Source: Paraspadella gotoi (Eukaryota; Animalia; Chaetognatha). Taken from it: a stretch of 64,000 nucleotides of DNA. The DNA lies in the NCBI GenBank assembly GCA_051294375.1, contig CM119266.1:10379677-10443676 (forward strand), in the 5' to 3' direction. This document shows, in pieces, positions 37,224 to 51,500 of this stretch. Positions within the stretch are counted from its first letter, which is position 1. Each line of letters opens with the position of its first letter. The translations under genes were made by a program, and so were the position numbers. Below the pieces are notes generated by a model. The model worked only from the letters and a program-made list of their open reading frames with translations, was not told the DNA's origin and ran no database searches.

Positions 37224-40200
37224 CTATGTATTTTCCAATTTAACATTAGTCACATTTCCTCCCTGCGAAGAGGTTAGCGTTGAAGCAGCGGTTGCTGCTC
37301 CTGGTTCTGTTTTAGTTTTTGAGGAATTCCCACCAGAATTCTTAGCTTGCCCCACAGATGTGGAACTCATATGTCCATGAGGATGATGCAATCCACCTCC
37401 ACTAGATCCACTGCCGCTTTCTTGTGGATGGTGCGTTCCTGAAAGATGCAAGTGATGTGGATGAAGAGCGCCGACCTCTTCTGACGGAAGACCAGAAGAC
37501 GTTGGGGATTCCTCATCTCTACCAATGTCCATTGCACTAACGCCAGCAGCTGAAGTAGCCACATAAGTACCTGTGGTTCCTTCTATTTTATTATTATTGT
37601 TGCTAGATGGTGCACTTTGATGTCTGTTTGCCAACGAGTTTGCATGTTCTTTAGCGTATAAAGCTAGTGCGGCGAATTGTTGCCCAGAAATTCCGCTAGC
37701 GGCGGCGGCGCTAACCGCGGTTGCAAGGGCAGAGGCACTAAGATCAGGCGACAACGCTCCCCCGGGAGAGCTCAAAGTTTCTGCTGAGGTACTTCCACCG
37801 CTGGAGAACGTCATTGCCGGCGCGCTTCTTCCCGGCTGAGCCGCCGGCGGTGAAAGTTCTCCAGCTCCACCTGAGGCTAATGCTTGCAACGAAAAACCTT
37901 GCAAGGCGGAGAATCTGGCCGCAGCCGCCGCCGCCGTCGCTGCGGCCGCGGCGACGTTTTCGTCCATCGAAGTCGCTACCGTGTGCATACTTTTGAGATG
38001 ACGGTTCAGCGTTCCGCTTTGAGAAAATCCCTTTCCGCAAATCGGACAAATATGAGGTTTTTCGCCCGTGTGAACGCGAACGTGGACCGAGAGATGGCCC
38101 TTCGTGACGAATCCGCGCCCGCAATGAGTGCAAGTGTACTTCTTCTCTCTGATATACATGTTTCCTGGTCCCGACGTTGAGGACGACGAACTTCCATGAA
38201 GTTGCACAGAGGAAGAACTACTCCCTCCAGACATCGATCGTGGATGGTGCGAAGACGTCGAGGGATGGCTGGGGTGGTGATGGTAGGGTATCAAGGCACC
38301 CCTCGACGACGAGGGCGAACGGATCGAACGTTCCGCACTGCCGGAGGCGACTCCTAATGTACTCAAAAGATGTCTCTGTTGCGACTGCAGGTGCAGTTGA
38401 TGATGAACTTCCAACTCGGCCGAAGATGGAAGCTCTTTTCCGCAAAGGGTGCACACGTGGGCAATAACTCCCGTCGGCGAGCCGGACGAAACGGAACCGG
38501 GAGGTCCGTCACCCGGATGTTGCTGTTGGAGATGGGCACGAACCGCCGCGGCGGCGGCTACGGCTGCTGCTGTATCGACGTCCGTCGGAATACCCGCGGC
38601 GGCCGCGAGGGATAACAGTTGCTGTTGTTGTTGCTGTTGTTGAGCCGCGGTTAGTTGTTGCTGCTGCTGAGCTGCAGCCGCCGCTGCAGCTAGAGCAGCT
38701 GCTGACAAACCAGGGAGCGGATTGTTGCCAGTTTCGTCTATATTAACGACATAAGACACTTTACTTATGCTGGGATTATTATTTATTGATTTATTTATGG
38801 ATTAATTAATTGATTAATTAATCGATTAGCTCATTATCTTGTGGACTAATTTAGTTATTGATCGATAATTTATTGATTCAATCAATCAATCAGTCAATCA
38901 ATTATTTAGGTAATTAATTAATTAATTTAATAATTCGTATACCTCTTCGAACCGAGGAACTGAACAACGATCGGAGTTGACTAGAAGAGAGGGGAAGGGA
39001 ATCCTTGGCGGCCGCGGCGGCGGCCATATGCTGCGCCAGGGAGGAGACCGTCGGCAGCTTCCCGGCGCCGCCGACGACCTCCCCGGGTTCGCGTCCCGGC
39101 GCGTTTTTGCCTGGAGAGAGGAAAGGAGAAAATAAGGGAAGGAAAGGAAAAGGGGAAAGGAAGAAAAGAATAAAAAAAGGAAAATGAAGGAAAGGAAAGG
39201 AAAAAAGGAATGAAGGAAAAAAAAAAAGAAAAGAAAGAAGTAAGGAGAGAAGGAAAGGAAGGAAGAAAGGAAAAAAAAAAAGAAAAGAAAGGAATGAGGG
39301 ATGAAATTAAAAGTAGGGACCTTCTGCGATGTATAAATTCTCTTGATCTTCTTCGTCTTCGTCGCTGCTATCTACAGCAGTGGAACCTCTCTGATCCCCC
39401 GTCGATGAGGAGCTGCTTAAACCTCGTTGATGATGAGAAGTTCCTTCAAGGGCAAGGGAGGCGCGGTGGAGGGTTATTAAACAAGGTTCTTGTAAAAATA
39501 ACCAAAAAAATATCTTTAATTAAATCTAATCCATATTGTAATAATCCTTTCTTTTCTAATCTAATCTAATCCATGTATATTTACCGGAAGAATGCGGCTG
39601 GAAGGGAGAGTGATGGGAGGAAGAGGATTGGTTGCTATGGTAACTACTATGATGATGACCGTCTCCGGAAGCGGAAGCGGCAATTCCCTGAAACGAAGAG
39701 GGAGATGAGATTAGGCTGGGCCTTTCCAAATGTCTCGGACTCTACCATCATTAAGAAATATGATGTTCATTTTATAATTTTTTCTGGTTGTGCTTACGAT
39801 GATTCATGGACATAAAGAACCGATTAAAAAGTTGGTAATAGTTTTGACATAAATAAGTTGTTATAATAGCTTTAGCTTTTTTATGAATTTTTTTTCTTCA
39901 TGACAATATTAAAAAAATGTTCATCATTACTAAAAAAAACCTTCAAAAACCACCGCAAAAAACTCACAAAACCACCACAAAAAACTCACAACCCCCGCTC
40001 CACTGTCAAAAACCAAAACCCCCACCTGAGAAATAGGCGTTGAGGTGGCAGACATGTAAAGACCCGAGTTAGAAGCGGAAGGCGGAGGGGACTCGGAGGT
40101 TGCGAGCCCGTAGTTGCCACTCCCCCCTCCGACGACGCCGGGCGACGTGGGCGGCGCCAGGCCGTAAGCGCCGGCGTCGCCGATGGTGCCGATTCCGGCC

Positions 40201-42336
40201 ACGCCCACGGCCGCAGATGGCAACGAAGGATTCAGTTTGGAAGAAGAAGACGTCGAGTATGATGCCGTGGGGAAGGCGGTGCCGGCGGCGGAGGGGACGC
40301 CGGTGGCGGCGTCCGAGTCTCGTATCACCATGGAAACGGGTCCCGTCGGCGACTCGGGATCGTCGCTGACGGGTTCGTGGTGGACGTCGCCTCCGAGACG
40401 CGACGGTCCCGACGACGACGACATCGACGACATCATGGGATGACCCATGAAGGCCGACGTCGTCGAAGGAAGGAGACCCTCGGCGCCGACGACGGCGTCC
40501 GGATGCGGCGCGGCCGACGCCGCCGCGGAGCCGCCGTGTACGCCGACGATGGACTCGACGTCGCTGGGCGAACCCATCTCGTCTCTGAGGAGAGGCCCCG
40601 CGCCGACGGGGAGATGGGCCGAGGCCAGATCGGACGGCGTCGAAGCGAGGGGACGACCCATGATCCCAACGCCGCCGCCGCCGCCGACCCCCGCCACCAG
40701 GCTGTGCGAGGAGATACCCGATGACCCGCTGAGCTGCTGCAGGGAGGAGGAGGAACCGCCTCCGCCGACGCCGCCGCCGCCGCCGCCGGGGATCAGCAGC
40801 GAGACGCCGCCGGAAGAGGCCGCGGTGGCGTTACCCGAAGAATCCGTTGTACCCACAGAAATGTCTTGCATGGACTCGTGACTGCTGGAAGGACGTCGAA
40901 AAATTGTTTCCTGTTTGGGGGGGGGGATTTTGAGAGTTTGGGGAGAGGGCGGGGTTTCGGCGTGGAATCGTAAAGAAGGTTGTAAAGATGGTTTAAAATA
41001 GAAATCTTTCAGACAATGTGTCAGATAAATTAGAATTTTTTGAACTACTCTTTAAAGAGTAATTCTTATTGTAGCTTTACATTTTTTAACAAATATACAT
41101 ACACAAGGACTTAGTTATTAACTAAGATTAACAAATTTACCGGAATAATATAACGTTAATCCGTTAGAATTAAACACTTCCAATGAATCCACCAACCGTC
41201 TTTTGATCTTACCTGAATGATGAACCGGTTCAATGATGACGGGAGCGTCCGACCGGATACAAATAAGGCCATCGATGCAGAGAACTGAGGAGAACTGGAC
41301 GTACTGTTCGCACACACTGCGGACCGTCGCCAGCAGCATTTTTGAAAGTTCGTCCTCCGCCCTGGGGGGTAAGGATTTGTTATCGTTATCCAATATCCAA
41401 TATTGTTGTCACTGGTTTAAACGTTTCAAACAACGAATTACTGCAGTAGTATTAACTCTAGCCGAATAATAAAATTCGTTTTACAAAACATATTGAAGCT
41501 AAAGTAGTAAGAGGTTTTATCCCCAAAGCTCTGTTTTCATTCATAGATTTGACTAGTTTACTGTTTGTGTTTGTCAATATTCTGATAGTTTTTTGTTATA
41601 TATTCAGTTTCTGGTGATACTATTTCAAAGTCAAGTTCGCCTCACAATCCGCAATCCTCAGAGTTCACGCTGGATTTTAAACCCTGCTCAGTGAGCAGTG
41701 TGCACTCACATCCTGATTCTCCCGGTCTGTCTGGCGTAAGTATCCAGAAGATGGCCGAGGAATTCCGAGGCGGTCATTCGCGACTGTTTGCAATATCGAA
41801 AGAATTTGTCGTGCACGTTCTCGCCCGCCTCTACGTAAATGTCGAACAGGCTACTTTCGTGGCTGCCCCCTGAGAGAGCGAGAGGAAGGAAGAGGGAAAG
41901 AGAGAGACGGAGAGATAGAGACAGAGATATTGAGGAAAAGGGGCAAAGATGAAGTAATTCTAGTAAGAGCTTCAACAGAATTATATGCTAACGGTAGCTC
42001 TCAAAGTGATGATTGCAAATTAAACCATATCGAGATCTTCATTGTCTAATGCTCGTCATTATCTCTGTAATAATTGTAATCATTTTTAAACATCCCCGTC
42101 GCCATCGTCTTCTCACCCGGCGGTTGAGGGAGTTGACCGGGGGCGCCGGCTGAACCAGCAGCTGGGGGCGAAGTAGCCATCGGGGTTGGGGGCGCCGCGG
42201 TCGGGATCGGGGGGTGGCCATGACTAGCGGGTGCTGCGGCGGTCGCCGCGGAAGTCGCGGAGGATGCTGCGGAAGGCGGGGTGGAGACGAAGCCTGATGA
42301 CGGGAGCGGCGCCTCGCGTTTACGCTTGGAAGACAT
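37224..42336 (-). CDS. Low-complexity (Ala/Gln/Ser/His-rich) C2H2 zinc-finger transcription factor. Exons: 42117-42336, 41710-41869, 41213-41411, 40026-40910, 39585-39687, 39321-39443, 38943-39110, 37224-38737
   Basis: The terminal exon has three C2H2 fingers with a HTGEKP linker. Phase-consistent GT-AG junctions link upstream GC-rich blocks. The donor at 39320 (GTCCCT) is weak, and the frame used in the 41.2-41.4 kb exon is ambiguous (see findings). Confidence 0.72.
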
Positions 42337-43070
42337 GCTGGAGGAGGAGGAGGAGGAGGAAGGGGAGGGGAGTGTCTCTTTTTAGTCATGCTCGATCTTC
42401 TTATTAATTTTAAGATTATGATCGCTGGAGATAAATTTGTCGAAATAGAATTAGATACTAAAATTTACTCCGCCAGAGAAGACCAAGATCAATAAAGTTT
42501 AGAAGAATAAAACTGAACAATAATTATAATAAAGAAAAAAAACTAGCTCCCAAATTCGACGCGAAAGTTATGTAATTGGTATATCAATAAAACGATATTA
42601 AATCTGCATTCTTTTGATATTATTACATATCATTGGAGGAATCCATAACAAGGACGAGATGGGGAGAGAGAAAAAAATGACGTTTGACTGACGCCCTCAT
42701 TCCGCCCCTCAGTTTCTATTAGTCCCTTCGTCTCCCTATTTTCCCGATCCAAGATTTTTTTTTTTTTTTCGTTATTTAAAAAAAAAAAAGCAACAGGGTT
42801 TGCGTGTTGGGAGTTAGGTTTGAAACGACCCAGTCTGCGATGTTAAGTTAACTAGCAGACTAATAAACAACCTCAGCGGCGTTTTAATTGGCTAACGAAA
42901 TCAACTGTTATTTAGAAAATACAATACTTATATACGTATTAAATCGCTAACAAATTATTACCACTGATTATTTTCCGTCGAAATTACGAATTTTATTAAG
43001 CAGACGCACGTAGGACGCATTTCGCAACCAAAACATTAGCGAGAGCGACATGGAAGACGACGACGACGAA

Positions 43071-43105
<35 letters not shown>

Positions 43106-44279
43106 CGGCAACGGCGGCGCGTTTCAAATGTAGGGCATTTCCGAGAGTGGCAGACGTTGGACGCTCGGAAATTTTGTCGGAAACCCTTTTCCGACGAAGG
43201 AGCGCAAGTCGTAAGGAAGGAATACATTTTAGCGGCGATACGCGAGATTATCCCACGAGTAGTTAAGAAAATGATACGAGTAAAGCGTTAAGGCTAGATT
43301 TTGGGTAAATTCTATTTAAGTCAAACGGTCAAAAGACATTTGATGGCAATGTGCAAGTTATCTGAGGGATTGACCACAGTCGATATAACCATCATATAAT
43401 AATATAATATAATATAATAATATAACAATCATAACGTATATAGGCTCTGTCGACAAGCAAAAGTTAATTACTTAGTATTGCTTCATCCCTCACCGAAATG
43501 AACCTCGTGAGAAAAAAGTTCTGTGATATTTGACGCTTAATCGTTTCGTCAGACGATGCGCTCTCCTTTACCTAAGGGTCTGACCGCGGGACGGGAAAAC
43601 TATTTAAACCACTTGACCAATTGTAATTCCTTTTTTAAGAAACATTATTTTTCTTATATAATCTTTAAAAATCACATCACAAGGCCGACAAGGTCCGTCT
43701 AAAGGTCTGTTACGTTGATGATATTCTTATAAAGCATCCGGTATTCAAAGTTATAAAGTGGCGCGGTTTTTTTTCACCTGAGTTTACTTCCCATATTTCT
43801 CCCCCCCGCTCACATTCTCCACAACTAATTGGTTTGCTTTCTCTACGAGACGCGAATCCACTCGGGGTCTAATCGGGTCCGTCGCGTCACGCTTCGGTCT
43901 CGTACCTGACATACGTCATCCGGGGTTTCTCCATTTGGCTGGAAAAAAAAAAAGCCTGACGGTCAACATCGAACGACGACCGTCACCGCCATCACATTCT
44001 TCCCGATGACATATAGGCTAAGTGGTTTTTGTTTTTGTTTACTTTGTTTGTTTACTGTTTATAGTATGTCTTTACTTTCTCTTTTCTCGTGTAATATAGC
44101 TTTAAACGATGAGCGCCTATCTTTCACGATCGGTCCCCCAGACGTGATTTCTTTCCAGGCCAACGACGTCACCGGAAACGAGAGGCGAATGTAAGGCATC
44201 CGCCATCGCTGCTCTACATTTCGGCGGCGGCGGCGGCGGCGGAAGCGGCATCGTCGCGGCAGGGTTTTCGATTCACATC

Positions 44280-44291
44280 CAAGATGGCGGC
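44280..44291 (+). promoter_or_regulatory. YY1-type motif in a CpG-rich island upstream of the C2H2 gene
   Basis: CAAGATGGCGGC exact consensus within the GC-rich 43.8-44.4 kb region. Confidence 0.4.
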
Positions 44292-44421
44292 GTCTGTCGG
44301 GGCGAAGACTCGAAGGGACGCGTTTACGATCGTAGAATTGGGGGGCGAGGGACGCTTGGCGTCATAATGGCACGGATATCGTAAATGTCTAACTCTCTTT
44401 TGATTTATTTTTTGAATAATT

Positions 44422-44684
44422 TTCATTCATTCATTCATTCATTCATTCATTCATTCATTCATTCATTCATTCATTCATTCATTTATTCATTCATTCATTC
44501 ATTCATTCATTCATTCATTCATTCATTCATTCATTCATTCCTTCATTCATTAATCTCTCTCTCTCTGCTCTTCATCTTCTTACTCGCGGTCTCGATCTTC
44601 TCTCTCTCTCTGTCTCATCTCGTCTCTCAGTGACCTCCCCCGTTTGTTTTATATAAAATTCATTATCTGTCTCCTCGTCATCAC

Positions 44685-44720
<36 letters not shown>

Positions 44721-44763
44721 TATCATCATCATCTTCATCATCATCATCATCATCATCATCATC
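44422..44763. repeat. (TCAT)n and (ATC)n microsatellites
   Basis: Direct reading: 44422-44550 (TCAT)n and 44677-44763 (ATC)n. Confidence 0.95.
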
Positions 44764-45083
44764 TCAAACCGGCAAAGGATGATTTACAAATTCGGCTTCT
44801 CTTTTCGTGATCAAATTATTTCGCCTTCTCAAAACGAATTCGACAGAAAATCTTTCAATTTGCATTTCTGATTCTTCTTCTTTTTTTTTCCATGAATTTG
44901 AAGCCTGATTATATTTTTCGTTTTTACAAACGAGCGAAATGAATTCGATTATTGAAAAGACGAGAGGGAAAATCAAATTCATTTTCTTTGATTTCTCCAG
45001 ATAAGAAAAGCCGGTTTATATTTTTTATTTTTTTCTGTCCTGATTTTTCAAATTTGCATGAGCCGCCGTAGCCGGCCGGTCGG

Positions 45084-45092
45084 TCTCTCTCT

Positions 45093-45151
<59 letters not shown>

Positions 45152-45156
45152 CTCTC

Positions 45157-45189
<33 letters not shown>

Positions 45190-45204
45190 CTCTCTCTCTT
45201 CTCT

Positions 45205-45289
<85 letters not shown>

Positions 45290-45377
45290 CTCTCTTTCTC
45301 TCTCTCTCCTCTCCTGTCTTCTCTCCTCCTCTCTCTCTCTCTCTTCTTTCTCTCTCGTCTTCGTCTCTTCTCTCTCT

Positions 45378-45422
<45 letters not shown>

Positions 45423-45848
45423 TGTTTCCTTTTGAAAATTTCATGTTTTAATTTCTCGAGTAATCGTCCAATGACGCGACGCAATGGGACCGGAAACGGC
45501 GAGCGGACCAATCATCGTCGAGGGAATCCACGAATCTCAAAAAAAAAAAAACGACCGCCGACGAAAGAAAAAAGATGATATCGATGAATTATTTTCTCTT
45601 TTTTTAGGTTTTATATTCGAACTAAAAAAAAGGGAAGAAAAAATGAAAAAAAAAAAAAAAAGAGAAAAAAAAATTGACAAAAGAATCTTTTTTTTTTTTC
45701 GTTCTTTGCCTCCCCGTGTCGGTAGAACCGTCGTCGTCGCTGCGGTTTCGTCGTCGTCGTCGTCGTCGCGGTTGAAGCCAATCATGGAATTCAGACCTCA
45801 TGAAAGTTAGGCCGGGGGAAAAAAGTTGGCAGCCAGTCGTTTATCATC

Positions 45849-45945
<97 letters not shown>
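45084..45945. repeat. (CT)n tract at 45084-45419 and (GA)n tract at 45850-45945
   Basis: Direct reading. Confidence 0.95.
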
Positions 45946-45947
<2 letters not shown>

Positions 45948-46664
45948 GGTTCCACAGGTCGATGAGAGAGGATGTGTTTCCAGGTTTTTTTTCCCTTCAG
46001 ACGTCGGTAAGATGTCTCTCCTGTGGAAAAGCTTTCTACTCGTGTTTGAGGTTAAAACGAGTTTGTTTCTTTTTTTTCTTAGTGTTTTTTTAACTGTTAG
46101 AAAAACTAAGAGAGTTTTAAAACATCGAGAAAAATAATTTGATTTCCGAGTTTATTTTTGTACAGATGTCGTAAGATTTTCCGCTCGATCTTCCAACTGT
46201 GGAAACGGAAATGGGGAAACATGATTAGATTAATTGCGTGACAACGAAGATGCATTACGAGGATTCGAGGCAAAGACCAAAAATATCGCCTTGAAATTTG
46301 ACTGAAAAAAAAATATTAGACGAGGCTACCCACTCTGGACCCAATGTGACAAGAAAGTAATTGCGACATATTTCGTGTAATATTTGTTTTTTTGATTATG
46401 TAGTCACGTGATCATCGGAAAATTAACGAAAGAAAGTTTTTTTTTTCGCAATTTGGGTTATTTCCCAGGGCAGTAAGACAACGATTTTCCTAGCGATAAT
46501 TAAACTGAGATTTCGCAGTCCGCGAGTGAGCCACTTTCTTTTCTTTTTCTTTTCTTCTCTTTCTTTTCTCGCCTTTTTTTTTTCTTCTCTTCTTTCGGAA
46601 TTACTTTCCCCGTCCTTTCGTCGGCGTCGAATCCTGGGGATGCGAGGTCGACGGCGCTGGGATC

Positions 46665-46739
46665 GATTGCCGAATTTGATTGGACGAGGTGATTGGCGGA
46701 TCTTGATTGGACGAATCCGATTGGCTGCATTTCGATTGG
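46665..46739 (-). promoter_or_regulatory. Array of five CCAAT boxes (GATTGG on +) at ~14-bp spacing
   Basis: gattgg at 46678, 46691, 46705, 46719 and 46734, with a degenerate gattgc at 46665. Confidence 0.5.
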
Positions 46740-47132
46740 TTTTCTTTCTCCCGATTGTCAAATTCTAATTCTCCCGACGTCGATTAATCTCGATTCTCGC
46801 GGAATCCGGTTTTTTTTTCTGAAATAAAATTAAAAACCACAATAATTCTCATTTAGCGCCTTTTTTTTTTCCTTCTTTCTCTTTTCATTAGGAGATCACG
46901 AAAGTGAAGAATAGAACGGCCGCGGACGTTTGTGACGCGTCACGCGACGTCGCGATTCCTCGAGTGACGCTTACGCGATCGTTGTCCTCCTCGACGTCGG
47001 ATTTGCGTCGGCATTTGCGTCGGCATTTGCGTCGGAATCTGCGTTCTCGTCGGCGTCGCCATTCGTCGTAACGAAAATCGTAATGTAGGGTAAAACGAGG
47101 CGTTATTTCTTGAGGAAGGGGTTGGAGCGGTG

Positions 47133-47134
<2 letters not shown>

Positions 47135-47210
<76 letters not shown>

Positions 47211-48591
47211 CTTCTCTCTCTCTCTCTCTCTCACCCTTATTCGGTCGCATGTAATAACGCAAATCTTAGACAAACCCAAGAATCTATTCCACATAGCTTT
47301 TTTAAAGCGTCGCCACTTGAAAAAAAGTACCATTTCGTAATTTTGTTCTCTTGCCGTCTTTAAGTCTCAAACCCATCATTGCCGAAAGATTAAACAAAAG
47401 TACATAAAGTGATAAACCCTTCCAGAAACGAATTGAAACAGACTTTGCCGGAATTTTTAAATCTTTGAAGGGGGGCGTACAGGGGGGGGACGAAATAAAG
47501 AAAAGCGGGCGATTCTCGGTTGAAACAACAAGAGTCCAAGGTTACAACATGGCGGGGGGTGGCCAAAGTTGCGGGCGAAATTGTTGGCGGCCTGACGAGG
47601 GCCGTCGTGCCGGGGATACCCAGCGATGGAGGAGGTTGTTGAAAGTTGAGGGTAACAGGTGGAGTTAGGAAAGGGGGATGGACCGGGATGGTGAAAGCTC
47701 ACGAGTCTTTACTGGATAATTGGACGAGAATATTTAACCCTTCCGCCTTCGGGTTTAATTTTCCAGGTTTTCTTTGTTACTGTCGAGAAACCGACTTTTT
47801 CGCATTCTTTATCTTCTTCTTCTTCTTCTTCTTCGACTTTATCCTTTATTCCTTCGTCTTCTTCCTCTTCCTCTTCTTCTTCTCCTTCATTGTCTTATTC
47901 CAACCATCTCCCTATTCTTTCACTTTATTAATCAACTTCTTTCACTAATTCTCCATTTTTCGCCTCGTCGGCTTTCAATTTTATTATAAATGAAGTTCTT
48001 AAATGATTAAATCTTATTAATTAACAAATATTAAAGCAACCCTGGTTACACCAAATCCGTAATTCCTTCCCGATTCCTCCGTTCGACGGTCGAGGAAGAA
48101 AAGATAATGGGAATAATCGTTTAAATAGAAAACTTTCAGGGAAATGGGCGAATACAAATCGCCGAGGCCAACTCCTACTCAACCCAAGCCCAAACCCCCA
48201 AGGCCAGCCCCGATCCAGAACCATCTCGTTCGGATCCGGTCGAACGATCAAAGGAAGACGTCAGCAGCGCGAGACGATTTCGCGAGCGACGTCTCGCGTC
48301 GCGTAACGGAAAACATTCAGCGCGCGCGACGGAGATGGAGACAGAGACGAAGATGGAGTTGGAGAAAAAGACGTAAAAGGAGACAGAGATGGAGACACAC
48401 AGAATGTTGACTCTCCCACACAAAATCGGAATGTATAAGAGAGAAAGAAATCCGCACACACAGACTCACAGTTAAGAACAAACCCACCCACTTACAAAAC
48501 ACACTCTTTCTCCTCTTCTCTCTCTCTTCTCTCTCTTCTCTCTCTCTCTCTCTCTCTTCTCCTCTCCTCTCTCTCTCTCTCTCTCTCTCTC
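47135..48591. repeat. (CT)n tracts at 47135-47232 and 48505-48591, with a (TTC)n-rich stretch near 47.8 kb
   Basis: Direct reading. Confidence 0.9.
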
Positions 48592-51500
48592 ACACCCCGA
48601 ATGTTTCGACTCTGGAAAAGGCAGCACGAATTCACGTCTCTGAGAAAAAGTAGATTCAAAAAGGGGAGTGGGGTGGCGTAGAAGGGAGCGGGGGGTGCGG
48701 AGAGGGGGTGAGTGGGGGTTTGAGAGGCGGCGAGATTTCGACGATTTCCGATTTAGGGTAGGAGGCGACTGGAGGGCAACCCGGGTGTGAAAAAAGTGGG
48801 CAAAGCGAGAGGTGTTTGACAATTGGGCACTGGTAGAATTAAAAATTAGATTTAGAATTAGAATTAACCAACTAGTCTAGGAAAATGGCAAGAGCGAAAG
48901 AGAAGTAAAATTTTATATTCGCTTTTTTGAATTGTTTAATGATAGTTAGGAGAAAAAACTGATATTGCGCTAATCATCTAATGAATTAATAAATGTTCAC
49001 ATTCCCGTCTCATTTACTTCACCCAGACTCTTTCTCGATCAGCCCTTCATTCGCCGTTCTGGATTCAAAAGCGAAAACTTCCGATCTGTGAACAAAGTAA
49101 CCCGATTTAACCCTTTCCCTGTTCCGATGCCGTCCGCGCCGCTCGCCGCCGCCGCAGCCGACGCCGCTACCGACGCGCCGCCTGCCGCGACGCCTGGTGC
49201 CGCGGATTCCGCCCCATCGCCTCGTAAATGTTACCCTGCGCCGCTTAATGACGCCGAGGAGGTTACTACAGTAGCGCCGACTGGCCGACCTTTTTGCTTG
49301 GAGGAAGAGAGGGGTGAAGAGAGAGAGAAGAGAAGGGCGAGAGAGGAGCCTTCGAGACGAAGGAGAGCAGAGAAGAGAGAGAGAGATTGCGCCCAACAAG
49401 CACTTACAGACAACAATGCGACAGTGAAAACCGACACGATATTGGAAGAATGGGCGTCCTTTTGCATCAGCCTTCGCTTCCATCCCCCCCTCCACACCCC
49501 CAACCCAAACCGCGGCGGTCGCCCATTTAGAGCGGCGTCGCTTCGCGAGTCTTTCCTTTCGTCCCAGGCCGCGCCCACGCCGAAGCCTAAAACGGCCCGA
49601 GTTACCATTTTTTGGCGTCCGTCACGACAATGGGGCGTCACCGGCATCTCGCCAGACAAGCCGGAATGGGCGACAAACGCGGGCGGACTTTGTGCGTTGA
49701 TGAGCGCCGAACGCGGAATCCTTTTATATTTTTTCCTTCTCGGTGAAAGAAAAAAAATCGCGAGTGAGACAATTTTGTTGTAGGCGTTTTTTTTCGGCTT
49801 TGTGATGTTGTTGGGATGTTGTGAATGAGTGGAATGAGTTAAGCGTGCAAGGAGTAAAAGTGAAAAATGAAGCTAGAACCAGAGTATGTGAAGCGATCGA
49901 TTTCGCCGCTGCCAATCCGGCGCTTCCAAGACCCCTCCCGCTCCGTTCGGGTGCAATCCCTACTTTTTAGCCCGATCGCGTTCGGTTTTTTGAGTGCACA
50001 ATCGCTTTCTTCCTTTAAAAATTTATATTTGTTTAATATTTATAAAAATATTCTCTTAGACATGTAATCATTGTAGAATAATTTTTTAAACAATCTTTTT
50101 GTAACAAAATAACAAGTAAAATTTTTACTAAGAAAAATTGTAAGATTTGTAAGATTGTAAGAATCGTTCGATGTGGCAAATGAGTTTAAATGAAAAAAAT
50201 AAAAAACCTTGTTTCCCTATTTGCTTTTTTCTTTTTTATTAAGTATAAATACAAGCTGCATTAATATATTCAATATTCAATTAATTATTCCATCAATCAA
50301 TAAATAATTCAATCAAAAATTAATGAATAAATTTTTTTATCACATCAATCAATTAATTAATTCAATTAATTATCAATCCTCTAATTAATAAATTTATTTT
50401 ATCAATAATTGTTAAAAAAAACCAATTAATTATCATCAATTAATCAATTAAACAATGTCAGTGTTATCATTATCGTCATCTCACAACGTCATTGTTGTCT
50501 TTTTGTCAGTGACCTGACAAAAGACCTAAACTAACAGGCCTGATATGAATTTCATTTAATTGATCAATCAATCATTCAATAATTATGACGGTGTATCCTT
50601 GTTGTCATCATCAATCCATCATCATGGTCGTCATTTATTTGGTCATTAATGAAAAGAATAAAAAACAACAAGTTTTGAGCTAACAATGCAGAATTGATCA
50701 GTTAATTTAATTATTCAATCATTAAACAATATTCATCAATCAATAAAAAATTAAGCAATCAATCAATTTGTCATCAGTCCGGTATAATGAAATCATTGTC
50801 GTGGTCGGCTATCATTTATATTTAATTAATTTAACAAATTTTTTAAATAATGTTTGCGGTGACCAAACAAGAATTATAAGAAAAAATTTTGAAGGCGTGT
50901 TTTTTTTGTGATAAAAAAACTGGTATTTACAAAAAACGTAAAAAAGAGCAAAAATGATAAAAATAATAACAACAACAACTAGTATTTACATTGGCTTGAA
51001 AAAAAGGTCAGCCATGACCAAAGCCAGGTAAGAAACAGGTCATTCTTTATGACCACTAATGTACTACGGGTACAAAGTACTAAGACTCGTCGTCCTCAAT
51101 CGTCAAATTGTTTATTCGTCCATCGTTGTTCGTCTTTGTCGAAGCATTTGAGCCCCAAATGTTCGATGTTATTCCTTTTTAATTAATCCATATGTAATTA
51201 ATTAATATTTATTATTTTTTCAAACTAATAATTATTAATTAATTAATTATTACCGCTATGATCATCGGGCAAGAATCCGGCCATTGTTTGCTCAAACTTG
51301 TTTAATTAATAATTTTTGATTTTTTATTTATTTTATATATATTTTTTATTTGCTTTTTGTTTCAGTTGCGAGAGGGGAAAACAGAAAGAAGATAGAGAGA
51401 GAGAGAGAGAGTGTGTTAGATGATATAAGTATGTATAAGCACAATATTATGCAATATTGCCAATAAACATAATCCTTTTGGGTTCAAACTTGTTTGTAAC

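Noticed and set aside
49088-49783. 231-aa ORF on +
   Set aside because: GC-rich island with a GA-repeat-derived middle, GTG start, no motif and no supportable splice chain.
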